Origin: a virus
Lineage: Duplodnaviria > Caudoviricetes
DNA length: 28,135 nucleotides
Strand: one strand, 5' to 3'
IMG/VR virus record: IMGVR_UViG_3300012031_000065
Span: 1 to 28,135 of that record
Below are positions 9,343 through 16,517 of the stretch, piece by piece (positions within the stretch are counted from its first letter, which is position 1; each line of letters starts with the position of its first letter). Made by a program: the position numbers and the translations under genes. Under the pieces are notes generated by a model that was not told where the DNA came from, made no database searches, and saw only the letters and a program-made list of their open reading frames with translations.

Positions 9343-10181
9343 ATATCACCTACCTCTGACCGCCAGGTCAATATTTCACTATAATTTACTGTCAACTCAT
9401 CACCAGGGTAAACAGTGCTAATTGTCACGCAAATGATGTCGTCACCATCAGCATTAAACTTACAATTCGGTCTGACTGCATGGTTAATGTATCGGCCTAG
9501 CTGCGTTCGATGAGCACCAACTCTGCTGCATGCTAATGTAGCGCCTATTCCGAACATCTCAGTGGCAAAAATACCCTTACCATGAATTATTGAGTCCTTC
9601 ATTTCCAAACCATACTCCTCAAGACTAAGCTCAATATAATCAGCGTGGTTCTTTACGATGGCGTCCATGTAGTCCTGATCAATTCCAAGGTCCTGCAAGA
9701 ACATCCTATACCCTATGCGATTGACCTTTGCATAAAACTCATCTAGGTCCTCAAAGGTTTTAACCGTCAGCCTGTCTTGTATTTCATCTGGTGACTCAAT
9801 ATCCACCTCGCCCACCGCATGAAACGTAATCCAGACAGTATCCTCAATGGCATAAGCAGCTCGCTTTTTACCAGTTAACGCTGGCATTAAATTATATCCC
9901 TCGAGCAGTCGACTTTGACCATCGTCAGTGGTCACCATAAGCACACCAGACGCCATGACTTCTATGTGGTCATACTTGTATATATTGCCAGTTAATAAGG
10001 TACCTGCTGGAACTTTAACGGACCTGGCATACATGCCGCCATGCACTAAATGCTCAACTGGTATCGCGCTCTGTTGCTGCTCTAGCATCTTTGCCTCAAG
10101 CTCAAGAATGGCCTTCCTCTGGCTGCGTATGCAGGGCAGACTGGCCGCATCTAATGCTTGGATTATTTTCTTTTCGCTCAT
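9339..10181 (-). CDS. Cupin-like domain fused to SET-domain (protein lysine methyltransferase-like) protein
   Basis: C-terminal SET motifs in canonical order: SIIHGKGIFAT, GRYINHAVRPNC, GDELTVNY. N-terminal GMYARSVKVPAG...G.KRAAYAIEDTVWITFH is a phage cupin-type barrel. Start at ATG 10181 (ATGA overlap with the upstream stop) preferred over 10193. Confidence 0.85.
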   Translation of the reverse strand: MSEKKIIQALDAASLPCIRSQRKAILELEAKMLEQQQSAIPVEHLVHGGMYARSVKVPAGTLLTGNIYKYDHIEVMASGVLMVTTDDGQSRLLEGYNLMPALTGKKRAAYAIEDTVWITFHAVGEVDIESPDEIQDRLTVKTFEDLDEFYAKVNRIGYRMFLQDLGIDQDYMDAIVKNHADYIELSLEEYGLEMKDSIIHGKGIFATEMFGIGATLACSRVGAHRTQLGRYINHAVRPNCKFNADGDDIICVTISTVYPGDELTVNYSEILTWRSEVGDI

Positions 10182-10435
10182 GCTAAGACCCATCCCAATG
10201 TTGCATCTAAACCAATATCATCTACCGTCTTAATATATACAATAGCACCAGTGCCGCCAGATAAATCATAATATGTTCGACTAGCTTGAGCATTTATTAC
10301 ACCCTCTGGTGAGCCAGTGCCTGATATTGGCTGCAGCTGCTCGAGCTGCTGAAAGTAAAAGCTGGCTTCCTGCGTCAGCAATCCTGCATTACTTACAATC
10401 GCTCTTACCCTAGTTAATGGTGATAATTCAATCAT
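10178..10435 (-). CDS. Small tail protein in the tail-needle/plug (gp26) position
   Basis: 85 aa right after the gp10-like gene; GTGSPEGVINA...YYD..GGTGAIVYIK...GW motif common in phage tail proteins. Confidence 0.6.
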   Translation of the reverse strand: MIELSPLTRVRAIVSNAGLLTQEASFYFQQLEQLQPISGTGSPEGVINAQASRTYYDLSGGTGAIVYIKTVDDIGLDATLGWVLA

Positions 10436-10438
10436 GCA

Positions 10439-11917
10439 TTAGCCCTTAGCACTTGGCTTTATGTTTACGCTTAATCCGTATAGCCTGCGCTTTACTGGGT
10501 CACTGATAGTGATCTTGAACAAGCAATACTGCCGTACCATGCCGTTTTTAGCCCACACCTGTCGAAGTTTCCGATTACCCACTCGTCCCAACTCTCGCGA
10601 CCTTGGGTCCTCAAATAGCGCACCATCACGACTTATCTGGAGCCTGACCACTGGGTCACTTATCATGCTATTACCCACACCTGACTCGCATAGCAGCTCT
10701 ATTTGCGGCAATGAGAATGGCAGATTGTTATTAAATACCGGAGCTGTGGTAAAGAATGACTGCAGAGGCTGCGAGTATTCAGTAAACACTTGCTCATCGA
10801 TAATACCAATGCGACCGTCCTCACTGTCACCCACCAGCAGCTCGTTATAAGCATAAAGAACAGAGTTTATTCTGCAGCGCTTAACGGTTTTTATGCCTTG
10901 TGCATCCTGTATTATCGATTCTCTTTCATGCCACCTGCCAGTGGCCATGTCATAAACAAATGTGTAATTAGCGACATTAAACCCGACAAACTTGGCACCG
11001 CGCAAAGAATATCCCCAAGCGAATGCATTCTGGATCTGGCCCTCTGTCAGATTGTGCAATATATTATCAATGGCAGTCGTGCTGACTGGCTGTGGGTCGC
11101 CACCAGCAAAAGCATAAATTGATGGCTTTTCGTTCTCACCTCGACCTATCCAAAATACCTGACCACCAAGCTTAACAACGGACTTCGGTGCAGAGCACCC
11201 AAACGATGTAAAAAAGCCCGAGCGCCTAAATGGAACACCAGCACCACCTATATTGTTAAAAGCTTCTGTGGTTTGTGTGCCGAGCAGATAGAGCTGGTTT
11301 TTAAATATGAATGGTGCAACCACATCATCGGGGTCACTTTCAGCGCTGATGAAGTCGAGCGCATTCCACGATTCACCGTCATTGATTGCAGAGACAATTG
11401 CTTTTTTATCGTCAGTAGTCACGATGAAGAAACCATCGACAAATGCCACCTCTAATGGCTTGCCGTTGGCATTAAATCCTGCGTTTGTAATTGTTGTAAC
11501 AGCTGGTGACTTTCCTGCCTCGTAAATGAAACCAATACCATCCGAGTTAATAATTATTATCTGCCTACCATTGGTGGCAAACGAACATCTTCCGGACCCG
11601 GTAACAAATCCCACTCTCAACAAAGAATATGTTGCACTATTGTCAGGAAATAGTGTCTGGTTAAGCATAAACAGCGATTCACCGTTAACAAAAAACGGTG
11701 TGTTATTAAATACAATGCCGCCTCGGTTGGCATCTTTTGCCAATAATGATGACGAGGCAACTTCTCCCAGTCCCTGAACATTAAACAAAGCGCCCGGTGA
11801 TAATGACTGCACCTGTGGGATGTTAGGATACAGGTTGACGCATCGCTGATTACTAAAAGGCAAAGAGTCCGACTGGTAGAACCCATTTATGATATCAATC
11901 TGTATTGTTTGGCCCAT
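10439..11917 (-). CDS. Tail hub / packaged-DNA stabilization protein, P22 gp10-like
   Basis: 492 aa, beta-rich. QRCVNLYP N-terminus, SAESDPD, TFVYDMATGRWHER, LLVGDSEDGRIG and C-terminal FKITISDPV match the gp10 family; synteny. Confidence 0.9.
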   Translation of the reverse strand: MGQTIQIDIINGFYQSDSLPFSNQRCVNLYPNIPQVQSLSPGALFNVQGLGEVASSSLLAKDANRGGIVFNNTPFFVNGESLFMLNQTLFPDNSATYSLLRVGFVTGSGRCSFATNGRQIIIINSDGIGFIYEAGKSPAVTTITNAGFNANGKPLEVAFVDGFFIVTTDDKKAIVSAINDGESWNALDFISAESDPDDVVAPFIFKNQLYLLGTQTTEAFNNIGGAGVPFRRSGFFTSFGCSAPKSVVKLGGQVFWIGRGENEKPSIYAFAGGDPQPVSTTAIDNILHNLTEGQIQNAFAWGYSLRGAKFVGFNVANYTFVYDMATGRWHERESIIQDAQGIKTVKRCRINSVLYAYNELLVGDSEDGRIGIIDEQVFTEYSQPLQSFFTTAPVFNNNLPFSLPQIELLCESGVGNSMISDPVVRLQISRDGALFEDPRSRELGRVGNRKLRQVWAKNGMVRQYCLFKITISDPVKRRLYGLSVNIKPSAKG

Positions 11918-13497
11918 TACGATGCCTTAAATATAAGCTTTTGCGCTTCGAAGTCTGTTGTGCCAGTGTTGTTGTCAACGAACACCTCGATATAGTCATT
12001 AGTATCCATGTCGACCATCCAGGTTAAGCTGACCACTCCAAGATCGCTTGATGCTATTTCTCGAGATATGCCGGAAGCAGGAATTGTCACTCCGTTTTTA
12101 GCGATGTAAAAAGTAAACGTAGATATTCCAGATGTGGGTTTACCACTTATTACAACTGACACGTTGACATCTTTAGGTCTGCGCTCATTAAGCGTAATAC
12201 GACCTGCAGCACTTACCGTCATGTAGTCGCTGTTTTGGTCTGTAAACACACCGTTAATGACCACTGGAACATTTTGAGTCACAATATTAGTGACAGCAGT
12301 TGCATTCAGTGTCGTAAGGGCCTGTGCGTTACTGTTTTGTATATTGTCTACCTGCCTAAATTCCCAACCGGAGTCGCCATAAACAATGCCAGATAAACCG
12401 ACCATACCACCTATTGTTTGAACTAAACTCACATAGCCAAATGACTCATCAGCTAAGTTTGCGCTGCCTGCCTGACCCTTTATAAATATTTGAGTGCCAG
12501 CAGTGCCTAGCAGCTCAATCAAATTAATCGATAAACTTTTAAAAACAGCGCTGCCCAAGTCTAAGAACTTGAATGTGGCATTACCTGACTCAAGCACTGT
12601 TACCTGGTTCATTACTAATCTTTTATTAATACCATCCTGATAAACGAAACCAAGTGACCCTGTGACATTCTCAAAGATCAAATTATACAATCCAACTAGG
12701 TTTTTACTTAAGTCACCGATTGCCAGACATTCAACTACTCGAACCCAGCGCATAACAAATTCACCTGATGTGGTTAAATTATTACTAAATAACTTACCAG
12801 TTGGGCATGACAAGGATATATCTTTGATCACTTGGTTGCCTTCGCCACACGTAAACATAGTTTGATTGCCAGTGTACGTGAGCGTGACAGCTCTCGGGTC
12901 CACTGACCTGACAATTGTATTATTGCCCATAGTAAAACGAGATGGAGAGGCAAAGCTGGCCACAAATAAGTAGTCAGTATTGTCTGCCAAAGCAATGACG
13001 CCAGTCACCGCTGAAGGTAGGTCTGTGAGCACCGATACAATGACGGTATTGCTTGCCTGAGCAATCTCGCTATTAGTGATCACCAGCTTGTTGCCATCCT
13101 GATCTATTTTAATACCGTTTCCAGCTTTCAATCTGCGCCAGTTTACAGTTTTCGATGCTGAGTTTACGATGAGTGGTTCACCGTCAGCAGCATTACCAGC
13201 ATTACCAACCTGCAGTATGAGTCGAATCGCATCCTGAGCTGTTATTGAACCAGCCAGACCCGCACCTGCCTGTATACCTCGTATCTGGTAATTTGGTGCC
13301 ACACCAGATAAGACCGGATTAGCCCCTACTGGTGAGATTGATTCTAATGCGCCAGTGGTACCGAGTGCTGCAATAATATCTGCAAAGGTAACCTTGTATG
13401 TAGTGCCGTTGTCAGAAACCATGACCAAGTCACTATTTTTAACCAGCTCTTTTGCAAGCGCCCTGCTAATTTCACTCTCAAAGGTTGGACAGCTCAT
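11917..13497 (-). CDS. Extra fibre/spike-like structural protein (beta-helix-like middle, C1q/BclA-like C-terminus)
   Basis: 526 aa between the gp4- and gp10-like genes. Contains RGIQAGAG / RRLKAGNGIKI fibre motifs and C-terminal FYIAKNG...MVDMDTNDYIEVFV typical of C1q/TNF-like jelly rolls. Confidence 0.6.
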   Translation of the reverse strand: MSCPTFESEISRALAKELVKNSDLVMVSDNGTTYKVTFADIIAALGTTGALESISPVGANPVLSGVAPNYQIRGIQAGAGLAGSITAQDAIRLILQVGNAGNAADGEPLIVNSASKTVNWRRLKAGNGIKIDQDGNKLVITNSEIAQASNTVIVSVLTDLPSAVTGVIALADNTDYLFVASFASPSRFTMGNNTIVRSVDPRAVTLTYTGNQTMFTCGEGNQVIKDISLSCPTGKLFSNNLTTSGEFVMRWVRVVECLAIGDLSKNLVGLYNLIFENVTGSLGFVYQDGINKRLVMNQVTVLESGNATFKFLDLGSAVFKSLSINLIELLGTAGTQIFIKGQAGSANLADESFGYVSLVQTIGGMVGLSGIVYGDSGWEFRQVDNIQNSNAQALTTLNATAVTNIVTQNVPVVINGVFTDQNSDYMTVSAAGRITLNERRPKDVNVSVVISGKPTSGISTFTFYIAKNGVTIPASGISREIASSDLGVVSLTWMVDMDTNDYIEVFVDNNTGTTDFEAQKLIFKAS

Positions 13498-13964
13498 AGT
13501 ATTAAATTCCCATTTTTATCGCATATATCCTGGTCCTCGCAGCAGCCATCGAAGAATTGATCACCGTCATAGCTGTCACCTGAGTAGTCATTACCGGACC
13601 CAATTGGAAGTGATGATGGCATGTTCATCTTACCGATTGACACACCAACTTTGTAAATTGTAGCTCTAGCTTCACGAACAAGCTTGGCCATGTTTGGAGT
13701 CACATCAAAGTCATAGCCATTTGCCAGTCTTTCTGCCAGTAGCATAACCATTGGCTCATATGCGCCTGCAGGGACCGTAAGTGGGTCATTCGGTGAAGTT
13801 ACAAGCGTATACCCAAGTTTGACACCATTGGCATCTAGCATTTGCATCATGCGGTTCAAGTATCGGACGCCAGTTTGTACTTCAACTGCTGGCACCGATT
13901 GCTCATCGGCTTGTAGGGTTAACTCTGACAATGCATCTTTGATGATGCTACCTGCAGTTTCCAT
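13494..13964 (-). CDS. Head-to-tail adaptor, P22 gp4-like
   Basis: 156 aa. TAGSIIKDAL, LNRMM...GVKLGY, LAERLANGY and MPSSLPIGSGN match the gp4 family. Confidence 0.88.
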   Translation of the reverse strand: METAGSIIKDALSELTLQADEQSVPAVEVQTGVRYLNRMMQMLDANGVKLGYTLVTSPNDPLTVPAGAYEPMVMLLAERLANGYDFDVTPNMAKLVREARATIYKVGVSIGKMNMPSSLPIGSGNDYSGDSYDGDQFFDGCCEDQDICDKNGNLIL

Positions 13965-13977
13965 AAATTACTCCGAC

Positions 13978-14175
13978 TTATTTCTTTTTGACTGCTGCTT
14001 TTGCAGCTGGTTTCGGTGCTGGCTCTGGTGCTTTTACTTCACCAGATGACGCTTCCTCTTCTGTCAGAAAGAAACCATGGCTTAATAAGTGTCTAACATT
14101 CTCTGGAGTGTCATTAAGCTCAAGAGACTTAACTTCACCGTCAGAGTATTTTTTGAATAGTTTGATTTTTTCCAC
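13978..14175 (-). CDS. Small hypothetical protein after coat gene with Pro/Ala/Lys-rich tail
   Basis: 65 aa, GTG start with GAGG RBS; ends KAPEPAPKPAAKAAVKKK. Confidence 0.75.
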   Translation of the reverse strand: MEKIKLFKKYSDGEVKSLELNDTPENVRHLLSHGFFLTEEEASSGEVKAPEPAPKPAAKAAVKKK

Positions 14176-14197
14176 TTTGCTTACCTCGTATAGTTAG

Positions 14198-14219
14198 AAA
14201 AAAGGCCACCGAAGTGGCC
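14198..14219 (-). terminator. Intrinsic terminator after major capsid gene
   Basis: Minus strand GGCCAC-TTCG-GTGGCC followed by TTTTTT, about 15 nt after the coat stop codon. Confidence 0.9.
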
Positions 14220-14233
14220 AATTGCAGACTTGC

Positions 14234-15508
14234 TTATACTACACCGTAGCCTAAACCAGCGAAGAACGGATTGAATGTTACAAATGCTGGTAACATATCG
14301 AAACGTACCTTCTGTTGGTTAGCATCACCGTCAGAATACTTAGTAACACGCAATGAGAAACCATCCTCAGAGCTTATTACTGTGTCAGTATCAAACAGTT
14401 TAGGCAGTTTGACTGTTGCCATGCCAAATGCTTGCTTGTGGAAGAACATGTTAGGCTGGAATGTGCCACCAGCTGCGCCAAGTACAGTGATCACATCGCC
14501 AGCAACTGGTGCTGAGTCAACTGTGTTGTACTGACCTGATACCTCAAAGATTGCAGGACCTGCAACCAAAATGGTACCTGCGCCTGCGACCATTGTTACA
14601 TCTTGAGTTACCACTGCACGATACGCTTTAAGACTGCCAGCGCCATCGGTGAATGCTTCACGAGTGCTTTGGTTCAAGTAATTGCGACCAGTGATTTGTA
14701 CTACTGAACCAGCTCGGATGACACCTGTAGCAGACATACCTGTTACAGCAATAGCCTGTATCATTGTGTCTTTATGTGCCACGTAAGTAACAACTGGGTT
14801 GGAGGCAATAGTACCAGCTCGGTCAGCCAATGTAGCGCTATCACGAACAGTTTGCAGCGTGTTGCAGCTGATTGCGCGTAGACCACCAAAATTTGATGAT
14901 ATTTGCGCTCTTCGCCATGCAGTGTTTACCAGATCATTATCACCAGATGAGAGGCCACGCTGTGCATCTGCAAGCTTAGTGGTAGTGTATGGGTTCATGG
15001 CATAGAAAATGTCATTATCCATAGGCACACCAATTGAGTCCATCAATGCGCCAGCTTCAGCAACATCAGACCATGCATCAACTGCAGTGCCTGGCGTACC
15101 TACTGAAAGGTTAGCGTTGCGGTACATGTATTTGCCTAAAGTAGTCTCGAGCTCGGTCACTACGCGAGTGGCCATAGGCGCAAGAATCTGGTCGATTTGA
15201 TCGGCCTCCAGGGCTTCTTGGATGTTGCTCCACTCGGTCGCTACTGTGATGTAGTCTTGTACAGTCGCAGTCGCTTTACCTGAGATGATATCTGACTTCG
15301 TAGAAGAAGAGATGTCACCACCTGGTGTGCGAATTGCTTTGTAGTCGTGTGGACGTTTGACAGAGACTTTACCACCTGAAGATGGGGTAAAGTCACCCTG
15401 TATTAGCTGCGTGTCGATTGCCTTACATAAGCATCTTGAGGATTCGAATTTCTCAAGGAAAACTCGGGCAAGTTTCTCGACCGTATTAGAAGTAAAATTG
15501 TTAGCCAT
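14234..15508 (-). CDS. Major capsid (coat) protein, P22 gp5-like
   Basis: 424 aa starting MANNF; VSVKRP, ILAPMATRV, PNMFFHKQAFGMATVKL and VRFDMLPAF motifs of the P22 coat family; follows the scaffold gene and is followed by a terminator. Confidence 0.93.
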   Translation of the reverse strand: MANNFTSNTVEKLARVFLEKFESSRCLCKAIDTQLIQGDFTPSSGGKVSVKRPHDYKAIRTPGGDISSSTKSDIISGKATATVQDYITVATEWSNIQEALEADQIDQILAPMATRVVTELETTLGKYMYRNANLSVGTPGTAVDAWSDVAEAGALMDSIGVPMDNDIFYAMNPYTTTKLADAQRGLSSGDNDLVNTAWRRAQISSNFGGLRAISCNTLQTVRDSATLADRAGTIASNPVVTYVAHKDTMIQAIAVTGMSATGVIRAGSVVQITGRNYLNQSTREAFTDGAGSLKAYRAVVTQDVTMVAGAGTILVAGPAIFEVSGQYNTVDSAPVAGDVITVLGAAGGTFQPNMFFHKQAFGMATVKLPKLFDTDTVISSEDGFSLRVTKYSDGDANQQKVRFDMLPAFVTFNPFFAGLGYGVV

Positions 15509-15520
15509 GATAGCGTTACC

Positions 15521-16357
15521 TTATTCAACTGTGACTTTACCTCCAGTCAATGGGTAGCTATCCGAAGCAGCTGATGCTTTGCCAGATACCCTCGTTGGAG
15601 GCTTCTTTGCATTGCTCGGTCTAACCGCTCTAAGTCGGGACCTCACATTGCGCTCAATGTGAAGTATCGCTTGGTGTGGCTGCATAAAACTTAACTCTGA
15701 CAGCAGCGCTGGATTTTTGGCAAGTGCTGCAGTCATCTGAACACCTTTGTCATCCGTCATCAGATACTCTGCGACTTGTTGACCAAGGCCATATGTGCCA
15801 ATTGTTTGCACCGCTTTGTCGAGCGTTGCTTGGCTCATTTTCAGCTGCTTTGCAGTTGAGTAGAACTTGTCTTGCCTTTCCATTGCTTCAGCATGTTGCT
15901 GGTCATAGTTTTGCTGCTCTCGCTTCTGTTGTTCAGACTGCTGCTGCTGCTTCCTATACTGCCACTGCTGATGCTCGCGCACCGCTGCATCTCGTTTCTT
16001 GACCTGAGCCTCTACATCATTGGAGTAGTAATCTACATCCGGTATTTTTGGCTCTGGATCAACTGATGCACCATACTTGCTGCGTAATGTCTCTAGCTGC
16101 TTTTCAGCTTCTAATCTCTTACGCTGCTCTTCACGATACTTCGCATGTTGCTTGTCAATTGCCTTGTTAACTTTGTCCTGGTTAACATCAGACGATTGTG
16201 CATCATCTACAGTCTTTTTTTCGTGCTCTGGCTCACTATTCGGGTCTGACTCCGACTCCTGTCTCAACTCTTCGTTGTTCAGGTCTGCACTGTCATCAAT
16301 CTCAAAATCCATATCATCGATATCGTCAGTGCTTTGCAGCTTTTCTTTATCAGTCAT
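15521..16357 (-). CDS. Scaffolding protein
   Basis: 278 aa: acidic N-terminus, coiled-coil middle, AEYL...ALAKNP segment and basic Pro-rich C-terminus; lies immediately upstream of the coat gene. Confidence 0.85.
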   Translation of the reverse strand: MTDKEKLQSTDDIDDMDFEIDDSADLNNEELRQESESDPNSEPEHEKKTVDDAQSSDVNQDKVNKAIDKQHAKYREEQRKRLEAEKQLETLRSKYGASVDPEPKIPDVDYYSNDVEAQVKKRDAAVREHQQWQYRKQQQQSEQQKREQQNYDQQHAEAMERQDKFYSTAKQLKMSQATLDKAVQTIGTYGLGQQVAEYLMTDDKGVQMTAALAKNPALLSELSFMQPHQAILHIERNVRSRLRAVRPSNAKKPPTRVSGKASAASDSYPLTGGKVTVE

Positions 16358-16382
16358 GCTCTGCCCTTAAAAGGTAATGTGC

Positions 16383-16405
16383 CGCGAATAATGGTCGCGT
16401 ACCAT
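16383..16405 (-). promoter_or_regulatory. Structured 5' leader of scaffold mRNA (possible H-type pseudoknot or alternative hairpins)
   Basis: Minus strand ATGGT-A-CGCG-ACCAT-TATT-CGCG: ATGGT pairs with ACCAT, and the loop CGCG can pair with the downstream CGCG. Confidence 0.4.
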
Positions 16406-16414
16406 GTTGGTTAG

Positions 16415-16444
16415 ATTATAGCCAGTTTTTTGACGACCTGACAA
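16415..16444 (-). promoter_or_regulatory. Sigma70-like promoter upstream of scaffold/coat
   Basis: TTGTCA (16444-16439), 18-nt spacer, TATAAT (16420-16415) in an intergenic gap. Confidence 0.65.
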
Positions 16445-16452
16445 TTTATTAC

Positions 16453-16509
16453 TTATTTCTTTTTTTTGCCACCACCGCAGCTTTTCTTTTTGCCGCCACA
16501 TTTAGCCAT
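16453..16509 (-). CDS. 18-aa basic micropeptide MAKCGGKKKSCGGGKKKK (not in ORF track)
   Basis: TAGGAGGTCAAATG: a strong GGAGG SD overlaps the stop codon of the 1415-aa gene. ATG at 16509, TAA at 16455-16453; 8 Lys, 5 Gly, 2 Cys. Confidence 0.7.
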   Translation of the reverse strand: MAKCGGKKKSCGGGKKKK

Positions 16510-16517
16510 TTGACCTC

